A DNA stretch of 64,000 nt from Laetmonice hystrix (Eukaryota), in the NCBI GenBank assembly GCA_965235115.1, contig OZ249436.1:47060001-47124000 (forward strand), read 5' to 3'. Below are positions 12,297 to 23,584 of this stretch, in pieces. The notes under the pieces are model-generated. The model was not told where the DNA came from, searched no databases, and worked only from the letters and a program-made list of their open reading frames with translations. Position numbers and translations under genes: made by a program. Numbering within the stretch: the first letter of the stretch is position 1; the number at the start of each line of letters is the position of its first letter.

Positions 12297-14582
12297 ATAA
12301 ATGTCACACGACCATGTTGTTCAAGAACGTTTAGATAACATGCTGTCGGAGAGAGTGGCGGGTTGGGGGTGGGGCTAGGGGGGTCAAACCCCCTTTTAAT
12401 TTTCACAGATACACGTATACATTGTATATAGATTTTGGTGTTGAACCCCTCTGGTTTGTGCTGCACGATTTGAGTTTGTCCCGGTACTTAGAATAACTTT
12501 AAACTGACATAATTGAGTTTGACAATCACGTGGATCCTGAAGTAGGATTGAATCAGCTTGTAACCATAAACAAGGCCGTCCGAATGGGGGTGGGGGCGAT
12601 GGGTGCGGCCGCAATCCCCTTTTCTTTCAAATTTACAAATTTACCCCAATTTCTCTGTAGAGGTCTACATCACATTTAATAGGTGTGATAATTATGAGCA
12701 GGTAATAATGGTAAGCTCTTAACCTAGGCCCGCCCCTGCTCTTAACCGAAATCCCAGTACAGAACTATTGCATTTACATGGACAGAAATAACTGCATTTT
12801 TAAAAACCAAGTTGATAGCGGAGTTAATAATTCTCGTATTTCTAATCGTTGATGGCTCGTAGTAGATGATGTGGAGTATAAAGTGGTCCGGTTCCGGCGT
12901 CAGTGTTCACTTTGTTAAAACGTGTGAATAATTGTGTCATAGATCTATTCTTCATTTGGAGGTAGGCCTACATTATTATAACTTCGTACACAGAAATCTA
13001 ATAACAGCAGCACTGCCTTTGGCAGCAATGTTAATTTTACATACACATGTAGTAAATACATGAGTTTATGTCGGGGAAGTATTCACGACAAGGGCAGCGG
13101 AAAATGAGCATAGTCATTGATTCAAGTCCTGGACTAGGTGAAATATAGCATTGTCCACACGGAAACAGTAGCAGTCTGTAAAGTTGCTGGTGTTGGTCGC
13201 TCCAGCTTTGAAATTAGCAATTGCCCGCGTGTGTTTGATAATTTACCTCAACTTTTGACCTCGACGCCTGGCGTCCATTTTCAAACTGATATCCGTCGAT
13301 CGAATTGTTTGAAATTGCGTTTCGTTATACCTGGCATATAATGTACATGCCCAGCTATAGAAAGATAGACAAATACAAGAGTTTGATGAAGTGACAATTC
13401 TGTCTACACGGCAGGTGTAGGCCGAAACGTAAGCATCTTGAGTGGTGAAGCGTTCACAGAAATAACGGCTACTGGTGTTTGGTTTCTATGGAAACGGTGC
13501 AACAACCAGTATAAGTATCAGATTTACTGCGATATACTGACGTTAAAACAAGTTGGCTAACAAGATGCAGGATTTTTATGATTTGCTGACTACCCTCAAC
13601 AATTCGATTTCTGTTCAAAGACATGTTGTACAAGTCCAACTTATCATAAGTACTGTGTCCACCTTCATAAAGTGGATGTGTTGCTATAATTTAAACCTAT
13701 AAAATTTATGGAGTGGTGGTTTATTTTTCTACTGTGTGTAGATTCATCATCTGCCCATACCACATTGGGTATGATTATTATGTAAATAAACGTATATGAC
13801 TAATATTAACTGATCCAAAAATCACTTTTTTTGTCGTTTTCTCTTTGTGTGGGATGGGAAAGTTGAGTGTTCTTTTCAGTGTCGTGTACTTCCAACCCAT
13901 CTGACTGAGCAGGTGGCTTTTCTTGGAGCTTGCTGGGCTGCAATAATGAGGTAATACAAGGGGAGATATTAGATGTATTAGGTTCCGAAAGGGACACTCG
14001 AGACTAGTCAGCACAGGATAGAAAATAAAACATTAACAGGACTATAAAAAACGATCAAAATAACTTTGTGGTGTCTAGTCTTAGTTTGTGCTTGTACAGT
14101 ACAGCATTCTGTCGGGTACGCGAACAGAACCCTTTATTCTCACTTTCTTGGCTTGCTAGTTTTTCACTAATAATTCCAGGTGTCGAATCCAGGTTTTATA
14201 TGTTTATATTCTATCCTGTACTTGGTCTTTACAACTTACATTTTACATCAAATATATACTTTAACTTCTCCCTAATGGGAGCTAGAAGAGTTGTTCTGTC
14301 TCACATTTAACGGTAGACCCGGTAATTTGGAATATTAACCCAATTCGGGACAACGAAAACAAAAGATATTCACCTCGGACCAACTCTCAGAAAAATACCT
14401 ACAGCTGAAAGAAATCTGTTACATATCCTTTCTCTGAAATCTTGTACCATCTTTCTCCATTCAAAATGTACATTTTCCAGTTGACACACTGAGAATTCCT
14501 GGTGCTGTACGTCGTGTCGTATTGAAAGTGTGTTGTATTTTTCTCGGCTACGAATAACGGATGGTCTTCCTGTGTGTTTCAG

Positions 14583-15020
14583 TTATATTCTAATGCTATC
14601 CAGAGACCAGTGACAGGATTTAAATGGACACTGCGGAGTCCTTGGTCTGTGCCAAGGTCACGTGGCAACCGGGAACACAAGTGTGACCTGTGCGGGAAAG
14701 TTTTCAACCTACCCCACCACCTGACCCAGCACGTTCGTACACACACGGGTGAGCGTCCCTTCCACTGCACGCTGTGTGGTGCCGACTTCACCCAGCTCAG
14801 TTCCCTCAAACGTCACACCCGTGGGGTCCACGGCGGCACCACCGCTGCCTACCACTGCACCATGTGCCGGTCGAGCTTCGAGGCGAAGGCAGACTTGGAG
14901 AAGCACGTCAAAATGCATGAACTTGAAGCCATCCAACGGATATTTCAATCAGTGAATTCGGAGGAAGGCAATGGAGATGAAGACAATACAAAATGTTCCG
15001 ACTCAGGGGAACCGACATAA
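14583..15020 (+). CDS. Alternative terminal exon ZF-G: three C2H2 zinc fingers plus acidic tail
   Basis: Acceptor tgtgtgtttcag|tta, phase 0; [48 protein letters not shown], third finger CTMCRSSFEAKADLEKHVKMH; stop TAA; AATAAA at 15691. Confidence 0.88.
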   Translation, partial: LYSNAIQRPVTGFKWTLRSPWSVPRSRGNREHKCDLCGKVFNLPHHLTQHVRTHTGERPFHCTLCGADFTQLSSLKRHTRGVHGGTTAAYHCTMCRSSFEAKADLEKHVKMHELEAIQRIFQSVNSEEGNGDEDNTKCSDSGEPT

Positions 15021-15031
15021 CATTACTTTGG

Positions 15032-15151
15032 CAGGAGCGGATCCAGGTTTGCGCCAACGGGGGGCGGGTTGTGAGTGCGGGAAAAAAACCAAAATACTTG
15101 GGAAAGGGGGGCGGTTACAACCCCAGACCCCCTTCCCTAAATCCGCCACTG
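15032..15151. mobile_element. Short MITE
   Basis: caggagcggatccagg ... cctaaatccgccactg imperfect terminal inverted repeat. Confidence 0.55.
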
Positions 15152-16179
15152 TATGGACTGAACAGATGCCCTGTTAAGGCCTTAAACAGAGTTTAACTTT
15201 GCTGCCAATGGAGAAGTACAGCATTTGATTGTATAAGTCATGATCTCTGTACCCTCAAAGGTCGGTGGGAGGACTGTAACCTGTAAGTATATAAGTCCTG
15301 AGTCGAAGGGTCAAATAAGTTATGTTATCTCACTGCTATGTATGTAAGTAAGGAGATGTCAGGAGTGAATTTGTTTGGTATGATGACCAGAATGAGCCTT
15401 GAGAGCTGTAACGACTCGATGTCATGAAGTACTGAGATAGGCCTTACATTCCATACGGCCGTGTAAGATATCGGAGGTTTTTACGGGGACTTTCAAACAG
15501 GAAAGGTCGTTGTGTTCCCTCCGCTGTGTCCGTAATACAGACTACTCATTATGGTAAACATGTCGAGTTTTATTGAGGTTTAATTTAAATTGCACATAAA
15601 TGATTAAGACCTGGATTGTTGAGGGCATGTGTGATGATGGTGTAGTAACCAGAGGTGTATATTCAGTGACATCAGAGATGATAAAGTTATAATAAACCAT
15701 GAGCTCCCTACACCTGTCAGTTTCACGACAACCATTTACGGCTATATTGTAGATGTACAGGTGGAGAGGCAGTTTGTTTGGGTTTTGTTATTTTATTATG
15801 ATATATTTGTGATAAATGGATTACTGAAGAAATGTGTAACTAGGAACTGTTCTGGATTCAAAATCTCATCCATGTCCGTGAGCGGCTTGAGTTGATCTCA
15901 GCATTGGGTTTATCCTTGATTGGAACAGTTCCTATATGAGTGGGGGATCTAGGAGTTTGATAAGGGGGCGCACCTAAAAATAAATTCGCCTCGCTACGCT
16001 TGGCATGATTTGATTGTGACTATACTCGTATTCATAAAAAAAGAGGAAAATCTAAGGGGGGCCCTGCCCCCCAGATTCTCCACTGTGTTTATGGCTCCTG
16101 TCATAATAAATGAAGCTGCTATACCAAACCTCGAAACAGCCATATTTCGTCTTTCAGGTTTTTATAAAGGTTAAAGATT

Positions 16180-16570
16180 ATATAAGTCTTTGGTACTGAC
16201 AAAGTTAAGTCTCTGGTACTGACAAAGTCAGGTTAAAGATTATATTAGTCTCTGGTACATGTACTGACAAAGTCAGGTTAAAGATTATGTAAGTTTCTAT
16301 TACTGACAAAGTTAAATTAAGATTAAGATTATACATGTATACTAGTAAGTCTCTGGTACTGACAAAGTTAAGTTAAAGGTTATATATATAAGTCTTTAGT
16401 ACTGACAAAGTTAAATTTAAGATTATATAAGTCTCTGGTACTGACAAAGTTAGGTTATAAATTATATAAGTCTCTGGTACTGACAAAGTTAGGTTATAAA
16501 TTATATAAGTCTCTGGTACTGACAAAGTCAGGTTAAAGATTACATAAGTCCCTCTTACTGAAAAAGTTCA
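16180..16570. repeat. ~40-bp degenerate minisatellite
   Basis: Recurring ttatataagtctctggtactgacaaagttaggtta. Confidence 0.9.
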
Positions 16571-17069
16571 AACAGATGATGATATCAATAGATTCATTTT
16601 TATAACGATGATGAGGACGACCTGTGGTCTAAGGAACAATTCAACCTTGTTTGTTTTTCTTCTTTCCCCCTTTTCTTTACAACCGCCATTATTCCGATGT
16701 GCGGGTCTTTTTGGGGTAGCATCCTGATCATCTACCACCATAAATAGACTATGGACATACTTGACTGAAATTTACGTCATTTAACAGTGCTTATATGGTT
16801 TTTATTTAGTATACCATCTAAGTTCTTGAATATTTCAATCTGGTAATAAAATGTTTGTTGACATCTCAAGTCAACCTTGGTCTTTTTTTCTCTTTTCCGC
16901 TCTTTTTCCTTACTTCTATTTTCTTACCAGCATTTCAGTGGTAGTTTGGTGGTAGATTTTAATCTCAGGGCGAGCAGTCAGAAGTCCGGTCTGTCTTCAG
17001 TCCACGGGCCGATCAGGCTGATCAGTACTATCATGATTTTAGATCGAACCACAGAGTCAGAGCCCTGCT

Positions 17070-17290
17070 TGAGAAAATCGACTTTTTCCCCATCAAAAGC
17101 AAAGGTCCCATCAAAGGCCCGAGAAAATCGACGTTTTCCTCCATCAAAGGCTCAGAGCCCGAGAAAATCGGCGTTTTCCCCATCAAAGGCTCAGGGCCAG
17201 AAAACAACGACGTTTTCCCCATCAAAGGCTCAGAGCCCGAGAAAATCGACGTTTTCCCCATCAAAGGCTCAGGGCCCGAGAAAATCGCCG
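17070..17290. repeat. 42-bp minisatellite
   Basis: Recurring gagaaaatcgacgttttccccatcaaaggctcagagccc. Confidence 0.9.
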
Positions 17291-17736
17291 TTGCAGTCCC
17301 ATGTAGTTGCTTTGATCTTTCCCCCAATTTTGAAGGCATCGCCAGACCAACGATGAAGTATGCCAACGTTTTTATAAACATCTACCACGATTGAGACTCT
17401 TTTTGTTGGACCGGTTCGTGGCTTAAAAAGAATTCATGGGAGCAGCCAGCTTTTTCCAAGGGGGGGGGGGGCGACCTGGGTGGAAATCATCAGTTTGTAA
17501 TGCTATAGTCTGCCTGAGAACAGCTTGAACAGTTGATTGAACGTGCGTTAATGCCCTGCAAAGGGGCACATCACACATTTTTTTAAACTTTTAGCTATGT
17601 GCCAATTCGGACCGAGCTGAAATTGTTTAAGAAGGTCCCAAAGTTTCCTCTCTCCAAAATTTCTCGACAGTCTTATCATCATCGAGGCGTTCGCATTCTC
17701 CACTGCCCTAAGAAAACACTTTTATTTTTGTTTCAG

Positions 17737-17982
17737 CCCAGTTCACAGGACGTAGATGAAAAGCAGCATGAGCAAATGGCCGCCCCTCGCGTGTATTCAC
17801 GCCTGCTGCGAGAGTTTGCGTGTACCGTCTGCGGGAAGACCTTCAAGTTCGCGCACCACCTACGAGAACACGAGAGAACTCACACCGGCGAGAGACCCTT
17901 CCATTGTGACGTGTGTGGCGCCACCTTCACGCGAATGAGCTCACTAAAGCGTCATTCCCGGGTCATACATGGCGTCACATAA
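17737..17982 (+). CDS. Alternative terminal exon ZF-H: two C2H2 zinc fingers (last of the array)
   Basis: Acceptor ttttatttttgtttcag|ccc, phase 0 (second in-frame AG at 17748); [48 protein letters not shown]; stop TAA. Confidence 0.88.
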   Translation, partial: PSSQDVDEKQHEQMAAPRVYSRLLREFACTVCGKTFKFAHHLREHERTHTGERPFHCDVCGATFTRMSSLKRHSRVIHGVT

Positions 17983-18619
17983 AAAAAGGGCCCTGAACAT
18001 GTATAGATAATCAGGAATGCGTTCCATCTCATGTGTCATATTGTTTTATGGGTCTGTTCTGAACAGACTGATTTGATGAACTGTGAATTTTAATGCTGGT
18101 ATCAAACTGGAATACCACAGTGAATAATGTACTCCTATTTTAGACCGAGTGTTGTGTGTGAGAGGCAGCTGCAATCAATATGTTTCTACAGTAGTAGATC
18201 TAATTATACGCAAGCCCAATAATTTCTTACGAGGCCTACCGAACCCTGTGGTGATTTGCACTAACATAGGACTGGTCCTAATATATCCGGTCCTAGGACT
18301 GTCATAATACAGGCAGCAAAAAAGGTTATCTTAATATAGGCCTAATAGGCTACTTCTGGCCTACTTGTTTCTGTCCATTCACGCCAGTTTCACGTAATGA
18401 AAATGTATATGCCTTTAGAACCTATTGGCGCCTACAAGTTACCCCGGTGATCATTTTTACTGAAAATCAAAATCCGTCAAGAAGAGAAGCTCTGAAGGTA
18501 TGTCGTAATTGGCTCGCACGCATAGGGGGTATTTGTTTTATATAGAGTAGAATCGTTGGTGTACAACCACATATTTTGCATTAGACTTCAGTTATAATAA
18601 TCGAACCCACAATACCGAC

Positions 18620-18940
18620 AATCAAGTGACGTCATCTGATGTTGAGACCATGGGTTGTCAAGGTGACTGGTTCGGCACTCTTCAACCCGTGGGGTAAGAT
18701 TCAGCCTCGTCCCCGTTCCTGGTTTGTGATTGGTGATAACCATTCCGGTTTGTCTGCGAAAGGGCGCACGTGACGTGACGTCGCCTGACGTCACAACCAG
18801 CGTCCGGTTGTTTAGCGGACGTTGGACGCCGGAATGTGGGGCTGTAGGACAGCCTCACACCTCCGCCTGCTGTTTAGGACCACTCCAGTCCACATAGACG
18901 CCGCACACTGGTAGCTAGCACGACATGCAGCGTAGGTGTA
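18620..18940. promoter_or_regulatory. Promoter-like CpG-rich motif cluster
   Basis: Two full CRE palindromes TGACGTCA (18627, 18786), a CACGTG E-box (~18767), a reverse CCAAT (~18728) and local CpG enrichment. Confidence 0.5.
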
Positions 18941-19499
18941 TTGTTATATAAATGTAATGACATAGCCGCTATTATGTGCACTATAGGCCTATCAGGGCTT
19001 CACTCAGAGAGCCTCTTTATTTGTTTTGTTTGCAAAAAAAATGTGAAAAATAAACGGAATCCTGAACTCAAGGAATATCACAAATCGGGTTGTCTTTTAT
19101 GCCTATCCTGACCAAAAAAAAATCCCAAACTACGTCTGTAGGCCTACGTGAATGAAGAGATCCAATCGATCATTCGCATGGAACTGAAATAGTCAGAGAA
19201 ACGTACATGTATTGCCTTTCAAAAGATGTTTTGTTTTTCCTGAAACACGTGGGGGGCCGGGGGGGGGGGGGGTCAAGATGACGGGCAGAGAATAAGGAGA
19301 GATTGCTCCTCTGACCGACACTCCCTGCTCCGATCTCGAGCCCCTGGTGAACAGTAACCTGTCAGTTTTTGTATTGGTATTCGTATTTCTGTAGTGATTT
19401 TAAAGTGCAGTCTATCCCATCAACTGAGTTCGTGCTCGGTCAAGACCTACGTAAATCCCCACATTAGGGTATAGGGTTCGGGACAGGGATAGGGATAGG

Positions 19500-21410
19500 G
19501 ATAGGGACCAGGGGTTAGGGTGAGGTTTGGGGGAGGTCTGGGTGCTGGGACCAGGGGTTAGGGTAAGGTTTGGGGGAGGTCTGGGTGCTGGGACCAGGGG
19601 TTAGGGTGAGGTTTGGGGGAGGTCTGGGTGCCGGGACCAGGGGTTAGGGTAAGGTTTGGGGGAGGTCTGGGTGCCGGGACCAGGGGTTAGGGTGAGGTTT
19701 GGGGGAGGTCTGGGTGCTGGGACCAGGGGTTAGGGTGAGGTTTGGGGGAGGTCTGGGGGCCGGGACCAGGGGTTAGGGTGAGGTTTGGGGGAGGTCTGGG
19801 TGCTGGGACCAGGGGTTAGGGTGAGGTTTGGGGGAGGTCTGGATGCCGAGACAAGGGGTTAGGGTGAGGTTTGGGGAGGTCTGGATGCCGGGACCAGGGG
19901 TTAGGGCGAGGTTTGGGTGAGGTCTGGGTTTCGGGACCAGGGGTTAGGGTGAGGTTTGGGTGAGGTCTGGGTGCTGGGACCAGGGGTTAGGGTAAGGTTT
20001 GGGTGAGGTCTGGGTGCCGGGACCAGGGGTTAGGGTAAGGTTTGGGGAGGTCTGGGTGCCGAGACAAGGGGTTAGGGTGAGGTTTGGGTGAGGTCTGGGT
20101 GCTGGGACCAGGGGTTAGGGTGAGGTGTGGGTGAGGTTTGGGGAGGTCTGGGTGCCGGGACCAGGGGTTAGGGTAAGGTTTGGGTGAGGTCTGGGTGCTG
20201 GGACCAGGGGTTAGGGTGAGGTTTGGGGAGGTCTGGGTGCTGGGACCAGGGGTTAGGGTGAGGTTTGGGGAGGTCTGGGGGCCGGGACCAGGGGTTAGGG
20301 TGAGGTTTGGGGAGGTCTGGGTGCTGGGACCAGGGGTTAGGGTGAGGTTTGGATGAGGTCTGGGTGCTGGGACCAGGGGTTAGGGTAAGGTTTGGGGAGG
20401 TCTGGGGGCCGGGACCAGGGGTTAGGGTGAGGTTTGGGGAGGTCTGGGTGCTGGGACCAGGGGTTAGGGTGAGGTTTGGATGAGGTCTGGGTGCTGGGAC
20501 CAGGGGTTAGGGTAAGGTTTGGGTGAGGTCTGGGTGGTGGGACCAGGGGTTAGGGTGAGGTTTGGGGAGGTCTGGGGGCCGGGACCAGGGGTTAGGGTAA
20601 GGTTTGGGGGAGGTCTGGGTGCTGGGACCAGGGGTTAGGGTGAGGTTTAGGGGAAGGTCTGGGTGCTGGGACCAGGGGTTAGGGTGAGGTTTGGGGGAGG
20701 TCTGGGGGCCGGGACCAGGGGTTAGGGTGAGGTTTGGGGAGGTCTGGGTGCTGGGACCAGGGGTTATGGTGAGGTTTGGGGAGGTCTGGGTGCTGGGACC
20801 AGGGGTTAGGGTGAGGTTTGGGGGAGGTCTGGGTGCTGGGACCAGGGGTTAGGGTAAGGTTTGGGGGAGGTCTGTGGGCCGGGACAAGGACTGAGGATAA
20901 GGTTTGGGTGAGGTCTGGGTGCCGGGACCAGGGGTTAGGGTAAGGTTTGGGGAGGTCTGGGTGCTGGGACCAGGGGTTAGGGTAAGGTTTGGGGGAGGTC
21001 TGGGTGCCGGGACCAGGGGTTAGGGTGAGGTTTGGGTGAGGTCTGGGTGCCGGGACCAGGGGTGAGGGTAAGGTTTGGGGGAGGTCTGGGTGCCGGGACC
21101 AGGGGTTAGGGTGAGGTTTGGGTGAGGTCTGGGTGCCGGGACCAGGGGTTAGGGTAAGGTTTGGGGAGGTCTGGGTGCTGGGACCAGGGGTTAGGGGGAG
21201 GTTTGGGCAGGTCTGAGGACCGGGACCATGGGTTTTTTTTAGAGGGGGTTCCAGGCAACCCGGAAACCCCAAGACTACACCCTTGAGTTTAGGGGAGGTC
21301 TGGGGGCTGGGACCGAGGGTGAGGTTTGAGGGAGGTCTGGGGGCCGGGCCAGGGGTGAGGGTGAGGTTTGGGTGAGGTCTGGGGGCCGGGACCAGGGGTG
21401 AGGGTAAGGG
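19500..21410. repeat. G-rich 42-43-bp minisatellite containing TTAGGG
   Basis: Unit gggaccaggggttagggtgaggtttgggggaggtctgggtgct, about 40 copies. Confidence 0.95.
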
Positions 21411-23584
21411 TTATAGATTTTAGTTTGAGAAAAGTTATAGAGTTTAGTTCTTATCCCACAATTTCGTGGACATATGCTTGCTGCCATAGAGATACTGTAA
21501 CCATGGAGATACACCACCCTTGTTTGTTTTCCTCCGGTCTCCACCAATTAGCAGCAGAAAGATTTGAGCCGCCGCGATGAGGCGTGTAGTGGGACTAACT
21601 TTATCCTAATCGGATTAAAGCGTTCCGGTCGGGATTAATGCCACCAGCTGTCCTCGCCGCTGATTTCATTACAATTTTCATCCGAATCGATAACAATTCG
21701 TGTGCTTGGTTTGATTCCACAGAAAGTCGGCTGTCAAAAGTTACCGGGGGTACCTGGCGGTGATTTAAACGCCTCTTCAAATTAAATCATAGTTTCTGAC
21801 GGCCTGATAATATGTCATTTAACCACCTCGACCAACATGTCTTAGCCCGTCATTCGTTCGTATGCCTGAACAATGCTAGTTTTCGAAAAGGCACTGATGT
21901 CATACACGTTTTTTTGGTTTACATATTGATAAAAGCCCACGTGAATTTCTCCACCCACTCAGGTGTGCCCCCGATAGAATATGACCCACAATCATGATCA
22001 GGCCCTTGATCAGGCAAGGTTTGACTAATGTTGACCGACCACAGCACCATACCCTGACCGTCTGTCAACGAATACAGCACTGGTTACTGAACTGCCACCG
22101 GATCAACACCAAGCTCGAGGTACGATATTAAGGCGCCTGATTTCTGGGTGTTTAGGAGCCAAACGGCGCCTTAATAGTCGCTCGTCAGCGTTTTTACCTC
22201 TTCTATTTGAAGTTCGACGAGGCGCTAGCAACTTTAAGCTGAAGGTAGGTCCTAGGTTTAGCTTTGATTAACCAATATGGAATTTGAACTAGTCATAATG
22301 TGACTAACATTAAACTCTCTGCCAAGCAGCACCTGGGACTGAATATTAAGTCTTGATGAAAGTGAACCCCGAAAAGTGAATCCCCCACAGACATCCTTTT
22401 ACTCCAGGCTTCTCTGCCTGATGTTGTGGATTAGAAAGTACCCGCACTTTCTTCATGAAAGACCACAATAACAATCTGAACGTCGTAGTCGTCGATGATG
22501 GACCATGAAGTACACCGTACGAGGATTTATATCCTAACTCAAATATCACTGCCAGAATACTGCTCCACATTTAGTTGGCTCGTGTCCCAACGACTTCAAA
22601 CCATCATTTTCAGCACCTGAGCTATACATACATAACTCCCGAGTCTCAGCTATTGAAATTTGTTCAGTCACAGTAAGATTGGGATTTATTTCTGGCTCCC
22701 CTGCTATGTCAGGGTGTAATGTCGTCCTATCTTGTTCCGAACTATTTTCATTTCTCCAGGTTACCTCGCGCTGTGACGAAGAGTCTCACCTCAATGATCA
22801 GTGTTAACTCATTACTGATCTATAGCCCCAAGTTCCTCGCGTCTTTATATGGAACCACTGGCATCGTGTATAGAAGAGAGAATAATTTTTTTCATGAAAA
22901 GAAATTTCCAATCGGGAATCAAATATAGGAGTGATACGTTGATGTGATATTATGTATATAACAACAGAAAACCTGTGACAGTAAAACTGACTTGACATGA
23001 GGTGTGATTGACATTTTATAACCGCATACAAGGTAAGCGTTCCTCTGCGTAAACTCCAAAATTGCTCGACTAATTCCATAGAGATTGGCTATGCCGCCCA
23101 CCCCACGATGCCGGTGGTGAAGTCCTATTGTAGAAAATAGAGGAACGTTCAGATATTTCTTATGCACCTTTATTATTTATAACATCTATTATGTACGCCT
23201 CTTTATTATAACATCTATTATGTATCTTTATTGTAACCTTTATTACTTAGTCACCACTAATACTGATGCGTAGAGTTGGTTCTAGAAATGTACCGACTCT
23301 AGAAATGTACTCCATGGCCGGACGCCGGATGTACTTCTTGCCAGCCTGGCTTATCCCGATCTCTGCAGAGGCGGTGTGGCAGATAACGCCAATTAAATCC
23401 TAGCACCGCCATCTGGAGAGGGGAGGAGCTGGCTGCCGGCGGTCCGACCACTATGTTTTAAAATATACCTTGAAATAAACGCTAGACAGATCATAGCCAG
23501 CTGCCAAACAAGTAGGATCTCTCTCTGTTTTCTGGCTATCGAAAGCCGCGCATTCAACGCTTCGAATGGGCAGTTTTCTTCACT

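Noticed and set aside
2461..17982. Reading the ZF ORFs as eight independent single-exon genes, or as consecutive exons of one poly-ZF protein
   Set aside because: Most ORF-track starts are GTG/TTG codons within acceptor tracts, and four cassettes lack a Met before the fingers. Each ends in a stop with no evident donor after the fingers. Not formally excluded without transcripts.
20679..21272. 197-aa Pro-rich minus-strand ORF; also considered as a telomere
   Set aside because: It is a translation of the G-rich minisatellite. TTAGGG occurs once per 43-bp unit, not as a (TTAGGG)n tract.
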